Notes: generated by a model not told the origin, from the sequence alone. A DNA stretch of 50,127 bases, filler included, from Jimgerdemannia flammicorona (GCA_003990765.1; 2 parts of 2 records of this genome joined end to end with filler, not necessarily neighbours in it), one strand, 5' to 3'; counted from the whole stretch's first letter, positions 38,301-50,127 are shown. A program made the numbers and translations.

Positions 38301-39002
38301 TGCCAGAGGGAAGTGGGCCAGGATCTGTGATGTAGTGGTTGGCAAGGTATAGGAATTGATGAGACATAGGACTGACATAGTATTTGGGCATGGAGTGCAG
38401 AGGTGAGAAGATGGATACTGCTGAAGTACTGGGTAACTTGGTGGTGTATGCTAAGGAGGAATATCATGCTCAATTACTGCTCAGGTCATCTTATTGAGGG
38501 GGGTTGATTTGACTGCAAGGAGTGCTATAATATAGGATAGGAAGGGAGTTATGTACAGATGCCTGAACATTGGCTAGGAGAGTTTGAGATACTTAGTGAC
38601 TTTTGGCAGACTGTTGGGGATCATTTAGGAATAAGGGGTAGAGGATCTGGCATGCAGGGGTGGTGGGAGAATTTGAGAGACAGACTGGTGGTGAGGGTGA
38701 GAAAGAAATAGCTCTCGCTAGGCTGGGCTCTGGCCATTTGGGTCAGGTTGGTTGGCCACTGATTATTTGTTTTCGAGGATGGGAGGAGACTGGGCTTGGA
38801 GGTCTGGCTGAGGTAGTGGCATGGCCTTATAGAGAACAACTTGACAGGCTGGTGGCTCAGTTGGAGGATGCAGGGGGGCTAAAGGCATCATCTGGTGGAG
38901 AAAATTTATAGGCAGAGTGGGGGAAGAGTGGGAGTGGTGAGGGAGAAGATGGTTATTGCTTGGGTTGGAGTGGGGAGAGGCCCCCCTATGGGGATTGGAT
39001 AG
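35359..39002 (+). pseudogene. LINE d ORF2: APE-RT-Cys/His C-terminus (decayed)
   Basis: APE motifs; RT motifs TPGEDG, NWRLIMLLD, LDQEKAYD, VPQGDSLSP, LADNM (ADD) and YLGI; CKEC..EHW; ends PPMGIG*. Confidence 0.92.
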
Positions 39003-39433
39003 TGGGAGGAAGACTGTATATTTAACAATAGAATGGTAATAAATGGTAGAGTCTGAGAGACTATAAAAAAAAAAAAAAAAAAAACAAAAAAAAAAAGAGA
39101 TTCTAGTCTGCAAATTGTAACAGCATGTCCCATGACCAGCAGGCAATCAGTCTGGACCATTCTCTAAGGGATATAGCACTAGCAACTACTCATCCATGAG
39201 ACTTTCGAAGCCAGAGGAGTTTGAACCATCAACTGATTAGGCAAGATCAGAATCAGGCCCTTGCTCTATATGAAAGGAGCAACCCTTCACAATCACACCA
39301 AAATATATAGGGAAGATGCCAGCCCATAAACACCACTTTTCAACCCCTTGCCAGAGGTTATGGGATCAGAAATTTTTTTAGGACTAGACCAATGAATAAG
39401 GATGCTCGAGAAGATCCTTATTTAGGAGGAAGA

Positions 39434-40957
39434 TAAAATGGTGACCCCAGAATGATGACATCAGCACAGGAGACAGCCTTTTCTTACAAGTCACCAGATT
39501 GTAGTACAAGAAGATCATACAGTATATGAGATGAGTAATGATGACTAACTGTGAGTCATTGTGACCATAGTTCAGATATCTTGAGGAATATAAAAAAAGG
39601 ATCAAGGAACTGCAGTATCAGTAACCAATAAGACCCACCAATCTCAAAATAGCTCAAAGACTTACCACAAATGAAATACCTGCTGCTTGCCAAACCTCAA
39701 GGTCAAGAAACCACCAAGATATCTTAGTTGAAGAAAGGATATTCCAAGACATCAGAAGAGCTATGAGAACTCACTCAAAAAGGACTCCTAGTGTCAACCT
39801 CAGTACTAGTGACCCTTATCATTATATCCTCCACTACTGTGAAATGGAAACAAGGATCACCATAGTTACTGAATGCCTCTAAATGTGATAGGAGTATGAA
39901 ATTGGAAACCTCCTCTGCTGGGAGTTTCCACAGGCCAGTCCCCATGAGTTATAAGATGCCACTCCTATGGATATACATGAAGCAAGGACAGTTAAGAAGA
40001 TCCATCAGATCTTCAGACATGCACCATAGTTGATCCCCAACTTAGAGTATATTAGAGTCTCAGATTTCAGAGACCTGTCATTCCACCATATCAATGTACT
40101 AGAAACCAGGGTAGCTACAGAAGCCTAGTCCACTATCACTCTCAATAGTGATAAAGTAGAAGACTTCTGGCATTCCATCCTCCAGGATAACCCAGACCAA
40201 TTCCTGTAAGGATTGATCTCAGTATTCTAAGGCCCTAGCATCCAGATTAGACCTCTCCAAGACCCCACATTTGTCTCCTATTTTGTGAAAGAGAACCCCA
40301 TAGACAGGAGAGCCCCAGACCTCCTTCCTACCACTGCCAAACATGATGACATTATGAGTGATGACATCATCTCATGCAATATTGAAGCATGCAAAATACA
40401 TAATAATGATGAATTTGCAGATCTCATCTCCTTCAGTGATGATGAGGATGAAGCCCCTATTGTCTTAAACATTCTGCTCTGAAATTCTTTGGTTACTCTG
40501 AGTTATGTCAGCACCAGCATTCTGATGTAATACTGAATTATTTCAGTACTATTTTCCTATACCACTGGAATTATACCAGCATCCTGAACCTATACAACCA
40601 TCAGTGCCGACCCTGGAACTTAGCAGTTTTGCCTGTCCTGGCATTTTATTTTAGTTATTGGAATTTATATTTAGCTTTATATCTTAGCAATCATTGAATT
40701 AAATTTTGTATAAATACTCCTCTTATTTCTTCCGAAATAAAGTCAGTCCATTCAGTCTACTCAGTTCAATATATATACTTCCTTGCAAGCAATCTAAGAG
40801 ATAACAATACAGTTTAAAGATAAGAAGTTGGAGGACTATAAGACCTTGGGAAGGCACTCCAATATGAACTTACTTATAACAAACTTGAGTTAGTCTAAAA
40901 GATATACCTTGAAGAGAATTCAGTATATTTGGAGGACTTAGCGACCACTATGTAACA
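39434..40957 (+). repeat. Putative long 3' LTR of Gypsy D (~1.5 kb), containing the accessory-domain ORF
   Basis: PPT-like AGGAGGAAGA at 39424-39433 followed by TAAAATGGT (compare A: AGGAGGAAGT-TGTGATGGT). TATAAAT at ~40709, AATAAA at ~40736 and an ACA end. The start is inferred from a decayed TG. Confidence 0.55.
39526..40482 (+). pseudogene. Gypsy D accessory ORF (start uncertain; same frame extends to ATG 33187 if LINE d is removed)
   Basis: A single frame with revertible stops; contains the shared domain at 39739-40113 and an acidic tail. Confidence 0.75.
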
Positions 40958-41039
40958 ATATATAATAATTATATAGTATCACTTATACTATAAAAACTAT
41001 TATGGAATTTATTTGAAAATTTAAAAGTAAAAAGATGAT

Positions 41040-41354
41040 TTGAGTTTGAGAGAGTATCTGATAAGATTGGAAAGATTGATGATAGATGTTTTGATAGATT
41101 GGTAGCTAGGATGGAGTCTGTAGAGGGGTTATTAGTACTACTTAGTAGAGAAGATCTGTGAGCAGAGTAGGAAGAGAGTTATAGTAGTAGATAGTAAAGT
41201 AGTCTTCAAGCATAAGAGTGTAAGAGTAAGCCCTCCTAGAGAGATTGAGTAGAGGGAAGAGTAGTGGGCTGGGGTTCTATATTTATATTTGATAGACTGA
41301 TAATAAATAGTAAAGTTCAAGAAACTATAAAAAAAAAAAAAAAAAAAAAAAAAA
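41040..41354 (+). mobile_element. 5'-truncated LINE tail (315 bp)
   Basis: 3' end similar to LINE d, poly(A), TSD GTA(A/T)AAAGATGAT at 41027-41039 and 41355-41367. Confidence 0.8.
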
Positions 41355-41619
41355 GTATAAAGATGATCTTATATAATACTTAATATTTATTTATAATATT
41401 TGAATTTTAAATTTATAGTAGATATTATATACTCTACTAATCTATATTTATTTAAAGGATTCATTATATAAGATAGTCAAATATGTATCACAATCTTTCT
41501 TATTAAAGACTAAAATAGATCTCTTAATTATATTTATACTAATAACTAGAACTATATTTTTATATCTATACTAATTATATCTATTGTAAAATAATGAATA
41601 AGTAACTGTATAAGTACAT

Positions 41620-44425
41620 TGGATTTCTCTCTGATATAATTCATATTATATCAACTTTAAGCAATATTTTTAAATATAACTTATAGAAAAGTTCTAGTAA
41701 AATATCATCAAGCTAGAGTTCTGATGGGTGTACTGAGTTAGGTGGATCTGAGACATTTAGCTGATAGTATTTGGAGAGAGGTTATGGGCTGGAGATAGGT
41801 GATTTTAGAGGAGCAAATTATAGAAAGAGCTCTAGAGGAGGACTAGTATTTGGTAGAAATGAGTACAGATCTAGGCCCTCAAGCTTTGTAGATAAGGTAA
41901 AGAGAAGTGAATAGTCTGTTAGAGCTAAGATTGGTATTGCTAAGAGAAAGGACAAAGCTAGCATAGAGAGAAGCAGAGGCTCTCAGTCTGAGAGAGTGAG
42001 CATAGTTGTTTAAACTACTATAGCTGGAGGTATTATTGACTACTGATAGTAGTATGATAGTGGATCTAGAAAAAAAAAAGACATGTGACAGCTGATTGAT
42101 GGGCTGGGCAGGGTGTTCAGAAGAGGCAGAGGGACTTATTCAATAGTATAATAGATCTGACAGTTACTCTGTTACTCAAGAAGTCAATCTCAGAGTTTAC
42201 TGTCATCTTATATTTTTAAGGACTAGTAGTGATAGTGAAGATAGTATTGGGGCCAATATTGAAGCAGATAGTAGGAGCAGCTTTAGTAAAGTTCCTGAGG
42301 GATATAGAGGTGGTAGAGGTGGGCTTTGAGAAGGCAGGGCTACTAGAGATAATGTGGCTATTGGAGAAGTAACAGTACCTATAGCATAGTACTTGAGGTG
42401 GGATCTGAGAGTGGTCCAGCTCTTGGTGAAAGAGACACCTATGGTGATAATGATTGAGACAAGATATAGAATTGAGGAGATTATAGTAAAGTATAAGAAG
42501 TGATTGAAATTGGATTTTAGATATAAGAGAGGACTACTTTCTAAACTTGTAATATGAATGTCAGAATTTGGCTAGCTGAGAGAGAGGCCACTGAGAAGAC
42601 TCAGGACTAGCCTTTAGTAATACTATAGAGAGCCTTTATCTATAAGATGTTGAGGATAAAGGAGAGAAAGAGGAGGAAAAGAACTTACTGAAGGTTCTAA
42701 AGGAACTTGGTAAAGCAGTAAAAAGTCAAATGAAGTTATAAAAGATTTATATAAATTTGATACATTTGGAGATAGTAGATAGAAAATATATCTAGATAGA
42801 CAAAGAGTAGAAGGAGAGAGCACAGAGTAGGAAGAGATAGAGAGAGCTATTAGTGAGTCTGAAGGAGAAGGTAGCCATGGAGTTAGGTGGATCAGAAACT
42901 GCTGAGAGATATAGATGAGTATTTGGACCAGTGGAGGAGAGGAGTAGAAGATAGCAGGTGATCAAGCAAGTAGGGTGGCTAGAGATTAGTAGAGTACCAG
43001 CTACTACTAGGAGGATAAAAGATGGTGAGGATGTGGAAATGAGGAATATGTACAGGGTTTAGTTTAGAGTATCAGATATAGAGATGGGGGAGCAGGTAGT
43101 GGGAATCAAAGAGAATGAGTTAATTGATGTCTCTGAGGAAGAATGGGAAGAACCTCTCAGTACTGATATCAATACTTCAATACTAAGTGAGGGAAGGACT
43201 GATACTCCTGGAGGTAAGAACATTGGAGACATATGGTGGATGTGCTGCACAATGCCTAACTTGGCAGTAGAGAAATTGAGAGATATAGATCTATAAGTTA
43301 TCAGTGAGAAAATTAGAAGAGAGTACTCCATAGAGAGATTGTGGTGGAGACTTTTAAGGTTGAGGTATTAGCTATCTTTATAAAGAAAGAGGGGTATGAG
43401 ATTGATAAAGCAAGAGAGAAGGAACTTGTTGTAGTAGCAGAGGAATAGACAGCTTTCTGGTAGAAGTAGAGATAGGGGTTTCAACTTTGTCAGAGAGTAT
43501 ACCAGGAGTATAGAGATATATTAAAGAAGAAGAAGGATATAGAATTGGCTGAACTTCTGGCTACATTGGAGGCTAAAAGGATGGAGAATGTGGAGACTAC
43601 TGCAGAGTATAGAATGAATCTGACAAAAGAGGAGATGAGTACTAAGTTATAAAGGAAACATTCTTCTTTTAATATTATTCTCAATAAATATACAATGAAA
43701 ATTTTCTCTTTAAATATATATGAGCTATAGGGCTTCAGAAGATAGTATAATATTTTTACTTAGCTAAAGGAATTGGAGGCTGAACCTTTCTATTATATGA
43801 TATACAATGTGAGGATAATGTAGTTAAGAGGAGTAGATAAGAAAATAGGAGAGTACTCAATATGGAAGGACAAGGTAGCAATTTTAGTGCAGAATGACAG
43901 AGGAGAAATAAGTGGAGTCAAGAGTTGGAGTAATTGGTTAGTGAGAGAGAAATGGATTTAGCTAAGCTGAGCACTAGTAGTAGTTAGCTCTTACTACTGT
44001 CTAGCTATCAGGTATAAGTATATAGCATAGATCAATAGACTATTAGAAGAGAGTATTCTTATAGAGGATGGAGTTAATCTTTTAGTAAGTGACTTCAATA
44101 TGATCAAAAATCTCCAGATAGATAAGACTGATAGAGAGAGAAATACTGAAGGAACAATTAGTAGTCTAGATGTCTAGGAGGAGAATGAGGGCCTTAGCTC
44201 CTTAGTGAATGCAGGAAGGACACTCTAGGGAGAGAAGAGAATATATGCTCATTGAGTTAATAGTCTGGATATAAGGATTGACTGAATACTAATAGTAGAC
44301 TATTAGGGGATAGATTTTTGGAGGTCATGAGAGGTGGAGTAGTGCCCTTAGTTAGACCACTGGAACTTGATAGAGAAGGGCCAGTTTGGGGAGAGTGGGA
44401 ATGGCCTGGACATTAGTACCTTAAT
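41620..44425 (+). mobile_element. Heavily mutated LINE copy e (5' end, ORF1, APE), cut by the Penelope-like element
   Basis: Colinear with d and closest to a at the ORF1 start; ends after GH*YLN (GHWCLN). Confidence 0.85.
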
Positions 44426-44428
44426 ACT

Positions 44429-47400
44429 ATAGAGAAAGAAGACTTAGTAGGAGTCAGTGAAACAAACCTAGAGCCATAGTCAAAATAAATAAAAGATATA
44501 TAAAAAAGTATATATAATAGAGATAAACAAAGGAATATAACTGAAAATGTATTAGTTATTTATTGATACATATGTATATAAAAATATAATTCATATATAT
44601 AAAATACAAGATCTCAAAAGAATAGATGTACCACAACTCAGGGTAAACTAAATTAGGAACTATATGACTACCAGAGATAAGTAGAGATAAAGAGAGAGCC
44701 AATTCTAGTTGTAGGATAAAAATCACAAATAAATACAAATAAAACAAATCTAAATTAAGATTAAAAAACATTTACAGACCTCAGAGAGGTGAGTGTGAGT
44801 GTGGGGTGAGGCTGAAATAGAGTGAGCTACAGTGAGTCTGAGTGAAGTAAGAGGCCAAAGACAGTAGAGGAGAGTGAAGTGAAGGCTAAGACCCTGGAGT
44901 GAGTACAAGACTCCAGAGGTGGTAGGGATGTTTTTTAATCCTCTCCAGAAGAACTGGAGGGACCAAAAGGTAATGAAAATGCAAAACAAGAGTGATGGAT
45001 TAAAAAAGAAATAGAAGGAAGATGTGATCTAGCAATAAGAGAGTATCAAGAAAGAGACAAAAGTCTGTAGTATGAAAGAGAAGAATATAGGATAGTATCA
45101 GAGCATTATGTAACTCAGTAAGCATGATCAAACAGTACAATAAGAATTAAGAGTGGAAAAGAAGAGAGAGTATAGAGAGGATAAGGAGAGAGAGAGAGAA
45201 GAGAGGAAGGTTAAAGAGGAGAGAGGAGAGAAGAATATACTATAGACTATTCAACTAAAGTAAGTAGATCATGAATAATAGAAATAGGATAAGTATGATG
45301 ATAGACCACAAAATTGTAAAGAACCTGAACTACAGACATCTAGTTAGAATGATAGGAGTAATAGAGTATAAGATAACAAATCTCACTATAAATATATTCT
45401 AGAATAGTATAATGAGAATAATTGGAACAAAAGTCAGGAAATTGTTGGGAATGGGAGAAGTAAGAATAAACAACAGTTCAGAAAGAAGAAAGAGAAATAA
45501 AAAGATCCAAAAAGAGAATACTGATCATACTATACACCCAAGTAATAAAATGGTGAGAAGAGTAGATACTACAAAACATACTAAAAATATTGATATCAGT
45601 AATACTAAGGACAATAAAGTTATTGATATATTGTTAGAAAAAGATATCCTCAGTCCAGAATATGATGGAAAGAGATGAAGAAAGATCATGTATTACTCAA
45701 AGTTCATGGGCCAGACTAATAAGATTGGTAAGGGTAAAGGTATAGTTTGTTTCTATGGTAATATCAGAAGTCTGGTAAAAGGAGCCAAGAACTAATTCAA
45801 ATAGTTAGAGCTATAGACAAGGAGTGTAAGCTCAATAATAGAAGCCAAAAAAATCAGGGAATCCAAAGAAAAGACAATAGAACTCAAGAATCAAAGATAA
45901 TAATTGATCGCATTGAAATGAATAGTAGTATAAAAGAAAGTGAAATCACTAGAGGCCAAAAGAGAAAAATAGTGAATGGGCACAATGGTAAAGTAAAGTA
46001 AAGCAAGCTCCTTAGTATTATGAAGAATAGTATACTCAGGCCCAAGATGGTGTTGAAGAAGTGTCATCTAAGAGAGTAAGAAATGGGATAACTATTTCAA
46101 AATCTCAGTAATAGATAAATAAAAAACGGCTATAATAGGATACCAAGTCAAGATAGGAGGAAGAATATAGAAAATCAGAAGATAAATATCCAAAGAGTAC
46201 AAAGAGTTCTGAAAGAAGTTAAAAATAGGGTTTGCAAATAGAGAATCCAAAAGTGATCTTGTATGAGCTAGAGAAATCTAAAGAAGATTAAGAATCTCAT
46301 CAAATCTAAGAATAATAGACTTGTAAGCCATGACTTGAAGAAGGGCAGAAAGGCCATCAAGGTAGAGTAACTTAGGAATAAGTGCAAAACTCTAATTCTT
46401 ATCAGTAACTATAAGTAAGTGTAAAGACAGTTGCTTGACTAATTTAAGTATAGTATGCATAGTATAGTTTGAAATTAAGCAAGAGTGAGTATATTCAGTG
46501 AGTAAGCCATATTAATAAATAGACAGTATGAAGAGATATTGAGAGGGGAGATCTAATTGCTCAGGACATAGTAGTGAGAGAGCATCTTATTATAATTTTC
46601 AAAGAAGATGGCAAGGTTAAGAATATAATGAAAATATATAAGATAAGTAAGATCAGTAAAGGAGAATTGAGAGAGGGTCACAGGTAAAACAAATTGACGA
46701 CCCAAAGTAAGACAAAGACTTGAAAGGTATAAAAGAAGCAGTTAGCTAAAGAAAAAGAAGAAAACAAAAGTACTCTAGAAGATAAGTAAACCTGAAAATT
46801 TGGAATAAATAACTAGGAAAGATAAAGGGGGGATAGTATGAGAACTACTCAGAGTATACCAGAAGTGATAATGGAATCCAAAAAGAGATAGAGACACTGA
46901 GAGAGAACCATGCTGGGGGGAAGTTTAAGAGTAGAAGGCCTTTTCTTCTCTCTGACTTTTTTTAAAGACAGTAAACTCAATGAATGAGAGCTCATCCCAT
47001 CAGAGTACCAGACTTTACAGCCATAGATTTTTATATAGCTTTTATATTTAGGAGTACAAGTGGAGAAGTTGGAGGAGGAACTGGCAGAGGAGTTAGAGGG
47101 AGAGTAAGTGACAGAGAGAGCCACAGGATGGGGGACCCCACTATGAGTACAGATAGACTTGGCTGGATATCAGTAGGTATAGTGGAGATAACTGGAGCAG
47201 ACAGTACATAGCCAGGCCCCAATAGAGTGAGAGTCAAGAGTGTAGACTTGGGGATAGAGAGAATAGAGAAGGAGGCCTTGATAGGAAAGAGAACTGAAAA
47301 GAGGCTAACAAAGTCTTATTTGACTTAACAGGGGTCTTGGCAGTAGCAGTGGCAAAGAAACAAATCTCAGTATGACTAATGATATAGGTCTTAGCACAAA

Positions 47401-48770
47401 TGGCCTCAGAGACTGAAACTCAGGAGAGGTTAGAGTAGGAGCAGTGATAGCAGTGTGAGCAGTGGTAGATATATGTAATATTTACTACTCATGAAGACAA
47501 GTGACAAAAGAGGTACTGATAAGGAGGAAGTAATGAATAGTATCAATATCAATGGCAGTAGAGAGAATATTGGGAATATTGAAACTATGAAGAAAGTAGT
47601 ATTCAGGAGATAAGAGGAGGTGAGAGCTATAGAGGAGGTATAATATAGTAGAAGGAGTAGAAGTGATAGCAGTAGTAGTAGCAGTGGTATCAGTAGTAGC
47701 AACTTTGGTAGTGATAGAGGTAGTGTGAACTTCCTTAGAGAGGGCTTAATGGTAAGCCTCATGGAGGATGGAGTAGTAAATAGTGAGTAGAGTAATGATG
47801 TCAGTATCTTGATAGAAATGAGTCTCTATAGTGGAGAGAGCAAAGATCAATTGAAAATGAGAGAGGAGTAGACAATCAGAGGGATGAAGGGAGAGAATAG
47901 CAGATGAGATATACATATATCATAAATGAGACTATGGCAGAGATGAAATAGGGGAGAGGGGAAGGAGGTGGAATCTCACCCATAATCTTATCAATAGAGA
48001 TAGAGGCCCCAAGAGCAGGTAGAATAGAAGTAAAGAAAGAAGACCCAGTAGGAGCCAGGGGAACAAATCCAGAGCCATGGTCAAAATAAATAGAAGATAT
48101 ATAGAAAAGTGTGTATAAGATAACTTAGAGCAAACAGAATTATAAATCACATGGCTATCAGAGATAAGTAGAGATAAAGAGAGAACCAATCTCAGTTTTA
48201 GAATAAAAATTACAAATAAATACAAATAAAACAAATTCAAATCAATATTCAACACATCTACAGACCCTAGAGGGGTGAGTGTGAGCAAGGGGTGAGACCA
48301 GAATAGAGCAAGCTGCAGTGAGCCCAAGCAAAGTGAGAGACTAAAGGAAGCAGAGAGAAGTAGAGTAAAGGCTGAGACCTCAGAGTAAGTACAAGACCCC
48401 AGAGCAAGTACAAGATCTCAGAGGAAGCAAGAATGTTTTTTGATCTTAATTTGGATTTGTTATATTTGTGTTTGTTTGTGATTTTTATCCTATAACTGAG
48501 ATTGACTCTTTCTTTATCTCTATTATCTCTGGTAGTCATATAGTTCCTAATTCAATTCATTCTAAGTTATGGTAAATCTTCTCTTTTGAGATCTTGTATT
48601 TTGTATATAAGGACTATGTTTTTACATAATGATAAATAGCTAATATATTTTCAGTAATGTTCTTTGTTCATCTCTCTTATACATACTTTTTCATATATCT
48701 TTTATTTATTTTGACCATAGCTCTGGATTCATTTCCCTGGCTTCTAATAGATCTTCTTCCTCTGCTTCCC
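44429..48770 (-). mobile_element. Penelope-like retroelement with direct pseudo-LTRs (~44429-44930, ~48030-48420) and an inverted 5' segment (~48433-48770)
   Basis: The repeat architecture is visible directly, and a PLE-type RT lies on the minus strand. Confidence 0.85.
45240..46760 (-). pseudogene. Penelope-type reverse transcriptase (decayed)
   Basis: LGRQFV, VTDKN, IFYILP..WYPII, SSDFTFFYTTI, FYQTSDITIETNYTFTLTNL (Q..GIAMGTNCAP.LANL), QYINNF (RYIDD), FLDL, and thumb motifs SNNSH..YSEI and TYP. Confidence 0.85.
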
Positions 48771-50127
48771 TTATCTGATACTAAGTACCTAGTAATATCT
48801 TTGGATACAGCAACAACCAACTGATAGAAATTGTTGTGAGATCTTTTTCTCAAAAATAGATTAAGAATTAATAAGTTCAACTTCTGCAAATTTTAGAGAG
48901 AGTACTACAAGTCTTCTCATATTATCTGTAATTATTATAACTGGTTTGAGAATGGTCTCTTAGCTTTGGGGTAACTAAGACAACTAGGGCTGAGATAACT
49001 AGTTATTGGGTGGCCCAAGCAATAACTAGAGCCAGGGTAATAACTATGACTAGAGGGGTGACTAGGGCAATAACTAGGACCAGGGTAATAACTGGAGCTA
49101 TAGGAGAGACTGAGGTTATGACCAGGGCCAAGATGATGATTGAGGCTAGAGGGGTGACTGAGGTAGCTAGGAGGATTAGGATAATAACTAATATAAATCA
49201 CTCAATTACTTTATTAATTATTTTTCTCTTCTTTTTATATTTATCTAAAGTAGTATCAATTCTATAATTACTATCCAAATACATATCTTGCCGAATGCAT
49301 TGTTTATATCTTTGAAATGATTTGAGAAATGGTTAAGATAAGCTTAAATATATATTTTGTTTTATTTTTATTATATTTTTTTATTTTTTTATTTTTTTTA
49401 TTAAAGATGATAACTTAAATAGCTTATTTATATATTATTAATACTAGGTCAATAAGTTAAATCTGAGAGCTTTATAAACTATGATAATATAATTAAAGTT
49501 TCAAAGAGAGCTAAGAGCTATAGTAATATAATTAATGAGTAAGTTCCAATAGCTTTCAATATAGCACTAAGAGTATAAATAAGCCATATGATAGTGCTAA
49601 GAGCCATGATAATATAATTAATAAGTGAGCTCCAAAAGTTTTAAATATGATAACAAGAGTATAAATAAGCTAAAAGATAATACTAAGAGCCATAGTGATG
49701 CAATTAATGAGCTAGCCCTAAGAACTTCAAATATAGTAATATGTATATTAGAAATTATATTCAAATATTATAATATATATATATTTATTTATTATTATTT
49801 TAAGATTAAACTATATTTCAAGATATTTTGACTATATTTTGAGATTTTAGAATTAGTCAGCTTATTGCTATGTCTTTAACTATATATATTCATAAATTAT
49901 TTCAGGGTATAAAATATCTCTTTTAAGTACTATAATATCTTTATCTTTTCAAAAAACTCAATCTATGAGTCCACTTATTGCTGAGATAGCAAAATAGTCA
50001 TATACTAGTTTTGCTAAATTTGGGTAATCTCTGTTATAATCCTAATGTTCCTAATAAATTTAATCAAATTAATAATATTTTGAATTGGACCTATAATATT
50101 TCAAATTAAACCAACTCACTTACTTTT

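Larger units (their letters stand above)
33220..39096 (+). mobile_element. Full-length L1/Tx1-like LINE copy d (5.9 kb)
   Basis: Perfect 18-bp TSD GAGATTCTAGTCTGCAAA at 33202-33219 and 39097-39114, 5' motif, ORF1, ORF2, AATAAA and poly(A). Confidence 0.96.
31100..40957 (+). mobile_element. Ty3/Gypsy element D, 5'-truncated (RT 3' half, RH, IN, accessory region, LTR), interrupted by LINE d
   Basis: YVDDVII, FLGLARYYRRFI, TDHSAL and IDIIGPLP motifs; LTR end ...CACTATGTAACA followed by ATAT. Confidence 0.9.

Noticed and set aside
48770..49270. Degenerate short repeats as telomeric repeats or a host gene
   Set aside because: There are no TTAGGG arrays; it looks like decayed low-complexity coding sequence with no recognisable domain.

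Overview
A eukaryotic, gene-free, nested transposon graveyard, most likely from an early-diverging fungus (a Glomeromycotina-like origin is my inference). It contains five L1/Tx1-like LINE copies (one full length with an 18-bp TSD) plus one 5'-truncated LINE tail, and two copies of a 1.2-kb poly(A) non-autonomous retroposon that mimics both LINE termini. There are four pol-bearing Ty3/Gypsy elements, two with a dUTPase between protease and RT and one a chromovirus, plus an LTR-element remnant and a solo LTR. Also present are a Penelope-like element with direct and inverted pseudo-LTRs and no recognisable endonuclease, a hAT-type MITE, a large AT-rich foldback, a 21-bp satellite and an artificial scaffold linker. 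Almost everything is decayed by C>T/G>A mutation, so ORFs were read by reverting TAA/TAG/TGA to CAA/CAG/CGA/TGG. The main finding is that three different Gypsy elements carry the same unrecognised ~125-aa accessory domain 3' of integrase. In one it lies just before the PPT; in the other two it appears to lie inside an enlarged (1.5-1.7 kb) LTR U3. All alignments were done by eye and no database searches were run.
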